NCBI GenBank assembly: GCA_037137755.1
Contig: JBAXJR010000035.1
Location: 1-23,020 of the forward strand
Length of the DNA: 23,020 nucleotides
Source of the DNA: Methanomicrobiales archaeon
GTDB lineage: Archaea > Halobacteriota > Methanomicrobia > Methanomicrobiales > Methanospirillaceae
Direction of reading: 5' to 3'
Of this stretch, positions 1 to 9,300 are shown in pieces. Position 1 is the stretch's first letter. Each line of letters begins with the position of its first letter. The notes under the pieces were generated by a model, which saw nothing but the letters and a program-made list of their open reading frames with translations, was not told where the DNA came from and ran no database searches. The position numbers and the translations under genes were made by a program.

Positions 1-123
1 GTTACTAAACAAATTTCCGCATTGCCGATATCAACGTCAGAACCAATTTCGGCACGGGGCCGGGTGTTTGGTTCTCCATCTACAGAGGTTACTAATGTTA
101 ACTTCGTAGGTATATAATACTGT

Positions 124-336
124 TTATACGATTTCCAGCGCGGGTTTTAAGACCGTTCTGGCCACCATTTTCAGTACAATCCGAATCAAGCCTGTACCTT
201 GCAGGGTGTTTGATTCATCATTATCGAGGCTTACTATGTTACCATTATGAGTATATAATGGCTTCCACGTGTCGTTTTCATGAAGGTGAAGAGGTAGGCA
301 TCGAAACGATTCACACCTTTCACCATCATCTGACAT
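124..336 (-). CDS. Possible small hypothetical protein (70 aa); may be non-coding
   Basis: ATG-started ORF in a gap with no other convincing gene; no recognisable motif or clear RBS. Confidence 0.2.
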   Translation of the reverse strand: MSDDGERCESFRCLPLHLHENDTWKPLYTHNGNIVSLDNDESNTLQGTGLIRIVLKMVARTVLKPALEIV

Positions 337-546
337 ATCAGGGCTAATTCCGGTAGCACCGGGTGTTTAGTCCATCATTCGTGCGGGAAATAAAGTTGTT
401 TTTTGTTCTATATGAACATTGTTGCGCGGAGAAAATTTCCCGCAGGACCAGCAATGGTAAAAAATCCATAAAAAATCCTTATTTTGAATCAAGAAGGCCA
501 TATTTGGAGTATATTGAATCAAAGAAAGCGCGGTTAAAGGTCCCGG

Positions 547-552
547 AAAAAA
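547..552 (-). terminator. Candidate oligo(T) terminator of the smc-scpA transcript
   Basis: A6 on + strand (T6 on -) 13 nt past the scpA stop; archaeal intrinsic terminators are oligo-T tracts. Confidence 0.35.
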
Positions 553-565
553 TCACGCAGCGGCA

Positions 566-1288
566 TTATTCCACTGCACGCGCAAGTGGTATAATGTAGA
601 GGTCCCCGAGAAACTCTTCCTGTTCCATCAGGATATCTCCCTCAAACATGAGGAAGAGAAGAGGGATGTAGACTTCCGGAATGCTCCAGCCTAATTTTTC
701 CGTAAGTTCTGTAAGTGCAATACGCTCATTACCCGGGCATGATTCCGTGCAGCAGGAGAGCACCCGTGCGGCAGCATCCTGGTAACCTTCCTCGTGAGCG
801 ATGCTCACGACGTCGTCTGCATCAAAATACTCCTCAGGACCATAGGAGCGGAGGCGCTGTCTCCGCCGTTCCTCTTTCTCCGCGTTCTTCAGCTCGGTAA
901 TCAGTTCATACAACGTGATGGGATGGCGCCTGAACTGCTTTCTGTCAAGCCTGCGCTTTATCTCGCGTTCAAGCCGGTCAACAGGGCCAAGCCTCCCGCT
1001 CACTTCCCCATTGATATCAAAGTCAAAATCGTCAGATTCATCCGATATTTCGTCATCTTCAAAGCTGATATCGACATCCTGTGCCAGTTGTTCAAGGTGG
1101 TCGGACTTCATCCTGAGAAGGAGCGCCGCATAGAAAAGTGTGCGCCCCGATATGCGCAGGTCCAGCTCCTTCCTTCGTTCAAGTTCAGATAAAAAACGGT
1201 CGGTAACCTCGACAATGTCGATATTCCAGGGATCGATCTCCCCGCGCTCAGCCATCTGGACAAGGATCTCGATAGGCTCCTCAGCCAT
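566..1288 (-). CDS. scpA: Segregation and condensation protein A (kleisin)
   Basis: N-terminal 'GEIDPWNIDIVEVTDRFL...SGRTLFYAALLLRMKS' kleisin motif, acidic linker, C-terminal winged helix 'YIPLLFL...QEEFLGDLYI'; overlaps smc 3' end by 8 nt. Confidence 0.95.
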   Translation of the reverse strand: MAEEPIEILVQMAERGEIDPWNIDIVEVTDRFLSELERRKELDLRISGRTLFYAALLLRMKSDHLEQLAQDVDISFEDDEISDESDDFDFDINGEVSGRLGPVDRLEREIKRRLDRKQFRRHPITLYELITELKNAEKEERRRQRLRSYGPEEYFDADDVVSIAHEEGYQDAAARVLSCCTESCPGNERIALTELTEKLGWSIPEVYIPLLFLMFEGDILMEQEEFLGDLYIIPLARAVE

Positions 1289-4200
1289 TCACTTTCACTC
1301 CGGTGACCAGCGTGCTCTTATCGGATCGGACGGTCACACCCATGATACGGTCAGCCCCGTCAATCATCGGTTTCCTGAGTGAGACAATCACAAACTGGGA
1401 CGTCCCCGCACTCGCACGGATCATCTTAGCGATGCGTTCTGCATTTGAACCGTCGAGAGACATATCAACTTCATCAAATGCGTAAAATGGCGCGGGGATA
1501 TATTTCTGGATTGAAAAAATGAACGCAAGAGTGGTGAGTGACTTCTCACCCCCGGAGAGTGAGTTCAGGAGGTGTACTTTTTTATCCCTCGGCTGCACCG
1601 CAAATGAAAGACCCCCTGCGAACGGATCTTCCTCGTTTTCCAGGACAAGGTGACCGTTGCCGCTCGTGAGGGTCGCAAATATCTCCCTGAAATTTCCATC
1701 TATTGCCTGGTATGCCTTGGTAAACGCTTCAAATTTCATCTTGCCAAAGGTCTCTATCCGGTCAAGGAGGGTCGTACGCTCTCTCGACAACACTTCCTTT
1801 CGCGCGGTCCGGTCCTCGGCACGCTTCTCAACCTTATCGTACTCTTCGATTGCAAGCATGTTAACCGCGCCAATCTTCCTCATCGCATGGCCTGCTTCTG
1901 CAATGCCATCATCGATCTGCTGGAGGGTCAGATCCGTGGTAGCAACCCCTGCTTCAGGTTTCATGGCAGCGATCTCCTCTTTAAGAGTGTTTTCCCGCTC
2001 CAGAAGCGCGGAAAGTTGTACCCGTGCCCTTTCGAGTAAGGAATCAAATTCCAGGATCTTCTTCTCAGAATCGAGAAAATGCCCCATGGCATCTTCCCGT
2101 TTGGCCCTCAGACCTTCAAGTTCTCCTGAAAACAGCTTTTGTTTCTCTTCGAGTGCCGCAATCTCACCTTTCGCTGAATCAATCGACAGTTTCAGCGATG
2201 CGGTCTCCCTGTCAATCTCGTTGTTGCGGTCCTGGACCTTTTCGAGTTCCTCTTTCAGGTCGCTCATCCGCTTGGTAAAATGAAGGCGCTCCCGCTGGAG
2301 ATCGGTGATATCAGACTCCTTTTCACGGAGCCTTCGTTCAAGCCCTTCCAGCTCTTTCCTCCAGTGGTCCCGTTCTTCGGTAAGGGCAGGGATCCGGGTC
2401 CCTTCAAGCCTCTTTTTGATGACCTCCATATCGAGGTTCAGCTGGCCGATCTCCTCTGTTATCTCATCAAGGGTCTTCTCAAGCGCTGCAAGCTCCTGTC
2501 CACCCTTCTGCATCTCGGTTTCAAAGGTATTCAGTGTCGAGATGAGTGCGTCGCGTTCGAGGGTAAGATCTTCAATCTGCCGGGAATATTCGTCCAGTGC
2601 CATCCGGTTCCGCTCGGTAACCTGGGAGAGTTCGGCCCTTGCGTGTCGCTTTTCATCGATCACCGAACTGCTGCCTTTAATGGCCGATTCAAACTCTTCT
2701 GCTTCCTCGCGAAGTTCACTGATGCGGACCCTGAGACGGTCTATTTCATCTCCAACCGCTGCACCAAATCCTTTCAGACTTTTCTTGAAAAATCCACCGG
2801 TCATTGCACCGGAACGTTCAAGGAGTTCACCATCGAGGGTAACCATCCGGTGCTGGCCAATCATTTTTCGTGCCCGGTCAAGGGAGTTGACAACGACAGT
2901 CCCTCCGAAAACAACCCCGAATGCATCGCGGAACCGCGGATCAAACGTGAGCAGGTTTATTGCATAGTTTATAACACCCTCATCCCTGATTGCCGCGTAC
3001 TCCTGTTTCTTCAGCCGGGTGAGAGGCAGGAATGTGACCCGGCCCAGTTTTTCCTCTTTTAAGTAACGGATCGCCTGGGCAGCGACGGAATCATTCTCGA
3101 CCACCACGTAGTGGAGTTTTCCACCTGCCGCCACATTCAGCGCAGTCGCATACTCAGACGGGGTCTGGCCGAGTTGCATGACCGTCCCGATGACCCCGTC
3201 CATGGCAAGAACGGTCTTCAGGACACTGCCTCCTGCTTCGCCCCGTGCCTGTGCCTGGGCTTCAAGCCTGACGACGTCCTTTTCAAGGGTCTGGAGTTCC
3301 TCCCTTGTATCTTCAAGCATCTTCCTCTTTGAGAAGGAACCACTTTCGATGGCAGACAACTCCCGGGTAATCTTTCCCTGCTCCTCCCCTGCCTTCACAG
3401 ATTCAGCAGCCAAAGATTCCTTAAGCGACACCTTTTCCGCAATGTTTATTTCTATGGCCTTAATCCGTTCTGAGTGCCGCTCTTTCTCGGTCGTCCTCAT
3501 CCTGCTTCTTTCAATAAGCATGTCCTGCTGGTGAATAATATCCGACCTGGCCCCTCTTTTCTCTTCAATTGTTTTCATTAGGGAGAACAGCTGGTCACGT
3601 GACCCTTCGGCCTCTTTGCTTTCGTTTTTGATCGCAGTTTCGGTCTTTTCAAACTTTGCCCGCGCTGTAGCCGCCTCCATGGCGAGATTTGTCCGGTCAA
3701 TATTCTGGTTCCGGATCCCATCATTGCATTCAGTTATCCGTGTCTCGGCCCTTTTGGTATCCAGGTAATTGCGGGTAATGGCTTCAAGATTGACTTCCTT
3801 GTCCCTCTGGAGCCGTATTATTGTCTGTTCAGCTACTTTTATCGAACCTTTCAGCTCTTCAAGTGAGGATAGCAGTTTCAGGTAATCTGCACCGCTCTTC
3901 TGGTTTATCTGCTCGTCGATCTCCTTTAAGTCAGCCCGGAGGTAGGAAAGTTCATTTTCCTCGATACTCCGGTCTGACTGTATTCGCTGGATTTGAACAT
4001 TCTGATCCTCGATCAGCCCACTCAGTGCCAGCAGCTCTTTTTCACGTTCGCGGATACTCGCAGCAAGCCGGGCATTCTCGAAAAACTGAAGCTTGTTCTG
4101 CCATTCCTGGTATTTCAGCGCCTGCTCACGTTCCTGCTTCAGCTCAACCAGGCGCTTGTTAAGCTCGATGAGCAGCATCTCCTCGCGCTCAATCCGCTCC

Positions 4201-4721
4201 CTGACGACCTCAAGTTCACCCAGTGCCTGGTCCCTTTTCGAATCAAACTCGGCCACACCGGCAATCTCATCGATAATTTTTCTTCTTTCGTAGTCACTCA
4301 TTTCAATAATGCGGGTGATGTCGCCCTGCATCACCACGTTGTACCCGTGAGGTTTAATCCCGACTTTAGCAAGGAGCTCAATGATATCAGTCTGTTTACA
4401 GAGCCGATCATTAAGGTAATTATAACTGTAATACCCGTTTCCGGTCCTTTTAATACGGCGACGTATTTTTGTACCATCAGAAAAAGTAATAGATACTTCG
4501 GCGGTATTTTTCCCGGAGTTCAGGTTGATCAGGTCAGTAAGTTTCTCCGCGCGAAGGTTTCGTGAGCTGGAAAGAGCGAGGACAAAAAGAATGCTATCAA
4601 CAATATTACTTTTCCCCGACCCATTCGGACCCGAGATTACCGTAAATCCTTCAAAAAATGGTATTTTTGTCTTTTTGGAAAATGACTTGAAATTATCTAT
4701 CTCGAGCTCACTGATATACAA
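1281..4721 (-). CDS. smc: Chromosome segregation protein SMC
   Basis: 1146 aa; Walker A GPNGSGKS, Q-loop VMQGD, long coiled coils, hinge 'VTLDGELLERSGAMTGG', signature LSGGEKS, Walker B FYAFDEVD; TTG start preceded by GGAG. Confidence 0.98.
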   Translation of the reverse strand: MYISELEIDNFKSFSKKTKIPFFEGFTVISGPNGSGKSNIVDSILFVLALSSSRNLRAEKLTDLINLNSGKNTAEVSITFSDGTKIRRRIKRTGNGYYSYNYLNDRLCKQTDIIELLAKVGIKPHGYNVVMQGDITRIIEMSDYERRKIIDEIAGVAEFDSKRDQALGELEVVRERIEREEMLLIELNKRLVELKQEREQALKYQEWQNKLQFFENARLAASIREREKELLALSGLIEDQNVQIQRIQSDRSIEENELSYLRADLKEIDEQINQKSGADYLKLLSSLEELKGSIKVAEQTIIRLQRDKEVNLEAITRNYLDTKRAETRITECNDGIRNQNIDRTNLAMEAATARAKFEKTETAIKNESKEAEGSRDQLFSLMKTIEEKRGARSDIIHQQDMLIERSRMRTTEKERHSERIKAIEINIAEKVSLKESLAAESVKAGEEQGKITRELSAIESGSFSKRKMLEDTREELQTLEKDVVRLEAQAQARGEAGGSVLKTVLAMDGVIGTVMQLGQTPSEYATALNVAAGGKLHYVVVENDSVAAQAIRYLKEEKLGRVTFLPLTRLKKQEYAAIRDEGVINYAINLLTFDPRFRDAFGVVFGGTVVVNSLDRARKMIGQHRMVTLDGELLERSGAMTGGFFKKSLKGFGAAVGDEIDRLRVRISELREEAEEFESAIKGSSSVIDEKRHARAELSQVTERNRMALDEYSRQIEDLTLERDALISTLNTFETEMQKGGQELAALEKTLDEITEEIGQLNLDMEVIKKRLEGTRIPALTEERDHWRKELEGLERRLREKESDITDLQRERLHFTKRMSDLKEELEKVQDRNNEIDRETASLKLSIDSAKGEIAALEEKQKLFSGELEGLRAKREDAMGHFLDSEKKILEFDSLLERARVQLSALLERENTLKEEIAAMKPEAGVATTDLTLQQIDDGIAEAGHAMRKIGAVNMLAIEEYDKVEKRAEDRTARKEVLSRERTTLLDRIETFGKMKFEAFTKAYQAIDGNFREIFATLTSGNGHLVLENEEDPFAGGLSFAVQPRDKKVHLLNSLSGGEKSLTTLAFIFSIQKYIPAPFYAFDEVDMSLDGSNAERIAKMIRASAGTSQFVIVSLRKPMIDGADRIMGVTVRSDKSTLVTGVKVNG

Positions 4722-4736
4722 AGACCGGGCTCCTGC

Positions 4737-5210
4737 CTATTTCTTTGACGATTCCTTTTCATCGTCCTCTGCCACGATAAGACTGCTCTTTTTCTGTTCC
4801 GTTGAAGAACCCATCTTCTTACGGCTGGCAAATCCGGCTGATGCGACGATATAGTGGTTGTCCCCGCGACGCTCCTCCATCTTCATCGTACCATCGGGCT
4901 GCATGATCATATCCATGTGTTTTTCTTCCACGACAGGAGCTGCTACACGTTCAGGAGCTGTTCCTTTTTTCTGCATTACAACGGTTCCGGATCCTGATTC
5001 CGGCTGGGCCTGGGGTTTCATCATCTTGAGCTCCTGCCTCCGTTCTTCAGAAAATTTATTCAGCCTCATCGCAATTGACTTTAGGTCAAGGAGTTCTTCC
5101 GTCAGACCCTTGACAAGCGCTTCCATCTCCTTCATCTTTCGTTCAAGAGCCACAACACGTTCCTCGGTCGTGATAACCGGGACATCAGTATTTTTAATAA
5201 TTTCAGCCAT
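4737..5210 (-). CDS. Uncharacterised protein with N-terminal coiled coil and charged, low-complexity C-terminus; probably co-transcribed with smc
   Basis: Heptad segment 'EERVVALERKMKEMEALVKGLTEELLDLK'. Start placed at ATG 5210 (MAEIIK) behind a purine-rich GGAAGGGGGA tract; upstream in-frame ATGs to 5261 are possible. Stop is 15 nt from the smc start. Confidence 0.8.
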   Translation of the reverse strand: MAEIIKNTDVPVITTEERVVALERKMKEMEALVKGLTEELLDLKSIAMRLNKFSEERRQELKMMKPQAQPESGSGTVVMQKKGTAPERVAAPVVEEKHMDMIMQPDGTMKMEERRGDNHYIVASAGFASRKKMGSSTEQKKSSLIVAEDDEKESSKK

Positions 5211-5641
5211 TAATTTTCCCCCTTCCGGGTCTTCGTAACTCATTTCCAATGATATAGCCATTATTTCGCATCATTAAAGACCCTTTAGGATAAACATGAG
5301 CCTGATTACGTATAATAATTATGCTCAGCGTTAATGCATACAATCGACCGTTTGTAAGACCAGGGCTCCAGCCTTTTATACATCTGCCCAACCTTCAGGA
5401 TTTTCTCCTTGTATGACCGACGGGTCTTTCTTGTATTCACCATTTGTCCTTGAAACGAAAAGTCGTAATCAGGGAGTCACACCCTGCTGCTTTCCAGGTT
5501 GCAGGTTTCCGCCCCACACATCATGACATCCACACCTTTTCGCCGCGGTTAACAAGTTTCTCGCTCATATTCGTGGGAATTCCCCGCGTATCCACCATGG
5601 AGAAGAAAAGGTATTACCATATCAGGACGACTTTTTTATAT

Positions 5642-6880
5642 ATGTCACATCTGTCTGCGACTGATCGTGAAATAGCCGATATAATAGAGAGAGAACGTCT
5701 TCGCCAGCTGAACGGGCTGGAACTGATAGCATCAGAGAATCTTGTCAGTAAGGCGGTACTGGAAGCGATGGGGTCGATAATGACCAACAAGTATGCCGAA
5801 GGTTACCCTGGAAAGAGGTACTACGGTGGCTGTGAATTTCATGATATGGCGGAAAACCTCGCCCGTGACCGCCTGAAAAAACTTTTTGGCGCACAGCATG
5901 CAAACGTCCAGCCGCATTCCGGGACCCAGGCGAACATGGCGGTATATTTTGCTTTCATGAAACTTGGCGAGACCCTCATGAGCATGAAGCTATCACAGGG
6001 AGGGCACCTTTCTCATGGGTCACCGGTTAGTTTTACAGGCCAGTTTTATAACGTAGCCCAGTATGGCGTTGATCCAAAGACCGAAGTCATTGACTACGGT
6101 GTTGTGGAAGAGCTTGCACGGAAAGCAAAACCAAAGATCCTCGTCTGTGGCGCGTCTGCATACCCACGCACCATAGACTTCAAGGCATTCCAGGAGATCG
6201 CCGATAGCGTAGGCGCGTACTGCATGGCAGATATTGCGCATATCGCCGGGCTTTGTGCGACAGGGGTCCACCCGAACTCGGTAGGCGTGGTCAATTTTAC
6301 GACGACGACGACCCACAAAACACTCCGCGGACCCCGCGGCGGGGCAATAATGTGTAATACCGAATATGCGCAGGCAATCGACAAGGCCGTATTTCCCGGT
6401 ATGCAGGGGGGTCCGCTGATGCATACCATTACAGCGAAAGCCGTATGTTTCCATGAGGCGCTCCGCCCTTCATTTACTGACTACAGCAGGCAGATCGTGA
6501 AAAACGCAAAGGCGATGGCAGATACCCTGTTAGAGCACGACCTCAGGCTGGTCTCAGGCGGGACTGATAACCACCTCATCCTCCTCGACCTTACCGCACA
6601 GGGGATCACCGGTCTCGAAGGGGAAGTCGCACTTGGCAAGGCAGGTATCACGGTCAATAAGAATACGATACCCAATGAAAACCGGAGCCCGTTCGTTACG
6701 AGCGGTCTTCGGATCGGCACACCGGCAGTAACGAGCCGTGGCATGAAAGAAGAGCAGATGCACCTGATTGGTGACTACATCGCATCGATCCTGAAAGACA
6801 TCAGCAATACCGCACAGATTGCCCGGATTGGAAAAGAAGTCACCGCAATGGCAGGCAACTACCCGCTTTACCCTGAATAA
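5642..6880 (+). CDS. glyA: Serine hydroxymethyltransferase (bacterial-like, probably THF-dependent)
   Basis: 'LIASEN', '[18 protein letters not shown]', 'GGHLSHG', PLP-lysine motif '[14 protein letters not shown]', 'SGLRIGTPA'. Start set at ATG 5642 (MSHLS); the ORF-track extension to 5444 does not look like SHMT. Confidence 0.97.
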   Translation: MSHLSATDREIADIIERERLRQLNGLELIASENLVSKAVLEAMGSIMTNKYAEGYPGKRYYGGCEFHDMAENLARDRLKKLFGAQHANVQPHSGTQANMAVYFAFMKLGETLMSMKLSQGGHLSHGSPVSFTGQFYNVAQYGVDPKTEVIDYGVVEELARKAKPKILVCGASAYPRTIDFKAFQEIADSVGAYCMADIAHIAGLCATGVHPNSVGVVNFTTTTTHKTLRGPRGGAIMCNTEYAQAIDKAVFPGMQGGPLMHTITAKAVCFHEALRPSFTDYSRQIVKNAKAMADTLLEHDLRLVSGGTDNHLILLDLTAQGITGLEGEVALGKAGITVNKNTIPNENRSPFVTSGLRIGTPAVTSRGMKEEQMHLIGDYIASILKDISNTAQIARIGKEVTAMAGNYPLYPE

Positions 6881-6881
6881 C

Positions 6882-7724
6882 ATGATTATCGATGGCAGGA
6901 TGGTTGCACAAAAACGGCTGGACCTGGTCCGTAACCAGGTAGATGCATCTGGCCGACAACCCTGTCTTGCAACAGTCCTTGTAGGGGAGGACCCCGGCTC
7001 AAAGATGTATGTGCGGATGAAGCATGAGGCCTGTGAAAAGGTACATATTGTTTCAGTAAAGGCGGACCTGCCCGCTACCGCCACCAACGCGGAGGTCCTC
7101 GCGAAAATCAGGGATTTGAATAATAATCCATCGATCGATGGTATCCTCGTTCAGCTCCCCCTGCCACCCCAGGTGGATACCAGCAGGGTGATCCAGGCAG
7201 TCGCCCCGGAGAAGGACGTGGACGGTTTTCATCCCTGTAATATTGGCCTCCTCTATGCGGGGACACCGAGGTTCGCTCCATGCACCCCAAAAGGCATCAT
7301 AACGCTCCTTGATGAATACAATATTCCACTCCGGGGGGAGAGGGCCCTGGTGGCAGGACGGAGTATCGATGTTGGGCGGCCTATGGCCGCATTACTTCTT
7401 CACCGCGATGCGACGATTACGATAGCCCATTCAAAGACCAGGGACTTAAAGGAAGAGATGATGCGGGCTGATATCGTAGTCAGTGCGATCGGAAAACCCA
7501 GGTTTATCAGCGCGGATATGATTAAACCCGGGGCGGTGATAATCGATGTCGGGATCAACTACTTTGACGGAAAACTATGCGGGGATGTAGACTTTGACCA
7601 TGTAAAAGATGTTGCAGGGGCAATAACTCCAGTACCGGGTGGTGTGGGTCCGATGACGATCGCTTCACTCATGGAGAACACGTACATGGCAGCAATGGAA
7701 CGTTCATGCATCCATGTACCATAA
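6882..7724 (+). CDS. folD: Bifunctional methylene-THF dehydrogenase/cyclohydrolase
   Basis: 'MIIDGR', 'YVRMK', '[10 protein letters not shown]', 'KDVDGFHP', 'PCTPKG', 'DVGIN', '[11 protein letters not shown]'; ATG 1 nt after glyA stop. Confidence 0.97.
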   Translation: MIIDGRMVAQKRLDLVRNQVDASGRQPCLATVLVGEDPGSKMYVRMKHEACEKVHIVSVKADLPATATNAEVLAKIRDLNNNPSIDGILVQLPLPPQVDTSRVIQAVAPEKDVDGFHPCNIGLLYAGTPRFAPCTPKGIITLLDEYNIPLRGERALVAGRSIDVGRPMAALLLHRDATITIAHSKTRDLKEEMMRADIVVSAIGKPRFISADMIKPGAVIIDVGINYFDGKLCGDVDFDHVKDVAGAITPVPGGVGPMTIASLMENTYMAAMERSCIHVP

Positions 7725-8521
7725 ACGGGATGAAAATCGGGGGTGGTGCACCCGTCAGGACCATGGGGGTCATCAATTGCAGCCCGGAATCCTTTTTTTT
7801 GGGATCATACCGTTCAGGTAAGGATATTAGTCAGCGTGCCACGGAAATGGTTGCCCAGGACGCTGATATCATCGACATCGGGGCACGAAGTACCTCCCCC
7901 GTTGCACCCCGGGTAAGCCCTTCCCGCGAGGCAGAACGAATTGTGGCCGCCCTCAAGGAACTTGACGGGACCGGGGTAACGATCTCTGTTGATACCATGC
8001 GGCCCGCCGTGCTCAGGCAGTGCCTGAAATTCGATATCCACGCCATTAACGATATTAATGGCCTTGCTAACCCCGAATATGCAAAAATGGCCGCAGATTC
8101 CGGGCTCCCCTGTTTCCTGATGGCATCCACGGCCACACCTGGTGACTCAACAGACCTGGCAGGTACCTTCAATGCATTGCAGCTCGTCACATCGCGGTGC
8201 GAGTCCCTTTCAATCAGGGAATATGTCCTTGACCCGGGCGTTGGTTTATGGAACCCTGGTCGGAACATAGCCCTCGACTGGGAGCTCTGCCGGCAGTTCC
8301 AGGAATTTAAAAAATTCAACCACCCCCTGCTTGTTGCAATATCCCGTAAGACCTTTATCGGGCATCTTCTCTGCCGGAAACTTCCCGAAGAGCGACTCGC
8401 AGGTAGCCTGGCCCTGACAGCCCTCCTTCTTTCGAAAGGCGCAGCTATTGTCCGGTGTCATGATGTAAAAGAAACGCGGGATGCAATTTGCGTATTTGAA
8501 ACAATGGAGAAAACCGGATGA
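7706..8521 (+). CDS. folP: Dihydropteroate synthase family protein
   Basis: '[11 protein letters not shown]', 'IIDIGARST', 'ISVDT', 'INDING', 'LDPGVG', 'ISRKTFIG', 'IVRCHDV'; overlaps folD end by 19 nt. Confidence 0.9.
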   Translation: MHPCTINGMKIGGGAPVRTMGVINCSPESFFLGSYRSGKDISQRATEMVAQDADIIDIGARSTSPVAPRVSPSREAERIVAALKELDGTGVTISVDTMRPAVLRQCLKFDIHAINDINGLANPEYAKMAADSGLPCFLMASTATPGDSTDLAGTFNALQLVTSRCESLSIREYVLDPGVGLWNPGRNIALDWELCRQFQEFKKFNHPLLVAISRKTFIGHLLCRKLPEERLAGSLALTALLLSKGAAIVRCHDVKETRDAICVFETMEKTG

Positions 8522-9300
8522 ATGCCGAATATCAGGTCAGGGGAGTTTCCACCGGGATTATCAGTCCCGGTGACGATATCGTTTCAGTCCTCACCCATGC
8601 ATTATCATGCACAAATGAGGTGCTTCTTGAGGGAGACATCATTGTTATTGCCGAATCAGCCCTCGCAACCGCGGAAGGTCGTCTGATCGATCTCGACGAA
8701 GTCACACCATCCGTGAAGGCTCTGGCACTTGCAGATGAATTCGCCATGGACCCACGGGAAGTTGAGGTCGTCATCCAGGAAAGCGACAGTATTGTCGGGG
8801 GAATTCCAGGGTTCCTGCTCTGCATGAAAAACGGGACTCTGCTCCCCAATGCCGGTGTGGATGCGTCAAATGCTCCACCCGGGTATCTTGTACCACTCCC
8901 GTCGGATCCTGATGCAAGCGCAGACCGGATCCGGCGGGAAGTTATCAGCCGCTGCGGGGTGAATACCGGGGTGATTGTGGCAGACAGCAGGACACATGCA
9001 ATGAGAGTGGGGTGCAGCGGTGTCGCAATCGGGTGTGCAGGGATCCCATCCGTGATAGACGATCGCGGGAGATGTGACCTTTTTGGGCGGAAACTCCTGG
9101 TGACAAAAAGGGCAATTGCAGATAACATCGCAACAGCTGCCGAGCTGGTTATGGGTGAAGCCGATGAATGCATGCCTATCGCAATTGTCCGGGGCCTGGG
9201 ACTCACCCTGTCAGAGGAGATCGGAATCGAGGCGATTGCTGCAGAAGAATGCCTGTTTATGGGCACGTTGAGGAACATCAGTAAAAAAGGGAATGATTGA
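8518..9300 (+). CDS. cofE: CofE-family gamma-glutamyl ligase (F420-0:glutamate ligase or folate-glutamylating paralogue)
   Basis: 'PNAGVDASN', 'DPDASA..IR', 'RGRCDLFGRKLLVT..AIAD', 'LVMGEADECMPIAIVRG'; ATGA overlap with folP. Family secure, substrate uncertain. Confidence 0.85.
   Translation: MNAEYQVRGVSTGIISPGDDIVSVLTHALSCTNEVLLEGDIIVIAESALATAEGRLIDLDEVTPSVKALALADEFAMDPREVEVVIQESDSIVGGIPGFLLCMKNGTLLPNAGVDASNAPPGYLVPLPSDPDASADRIRREVISRCGVNTGVIVADSRTHAMRVGCSGVAIGCAGIPSVIDDRGRCDLFGRKLLVTKRAIADNIATAAELVMGEADECMPIAIVRGLGLTLSEEIGIEAIAAEECLFMGTLRNISKKGND

Noticed and set aside
1-123. Possible continuation or frameshifted extension of the 70-aa ORF off the left edge
   Set aside because: One minus frame is open to the edge but has no convincing start or recognisable motif; cannot be supported.
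363-599. 78-aa + strand ORF
   Set aside because: GTG start, AT-rich, runs into the scpA 3' end, no motif; likely spurious.
1303-4854. Many long + strand ORFs (up to 260 aa, Ser-rich) opposite smc
   Set aside because: Antisense shadows of Glu/Lys/Arg-rich coiled-coil codons.
5400-5641. ZTP or THF riboswitch upstream of glyA; N-terminal extension of GlyA from 5444
   Set aside because: No consensus elements of either riboswitch seen; the extension has no SHMT character and SHMT-like sequence begins at ATG 5642.
6298-6312. (ACG)n trinucleotide run
   Set aside because: Encodes the conserved poly-Thr before the PLP lysine of SHMT; not a contingency repeat.
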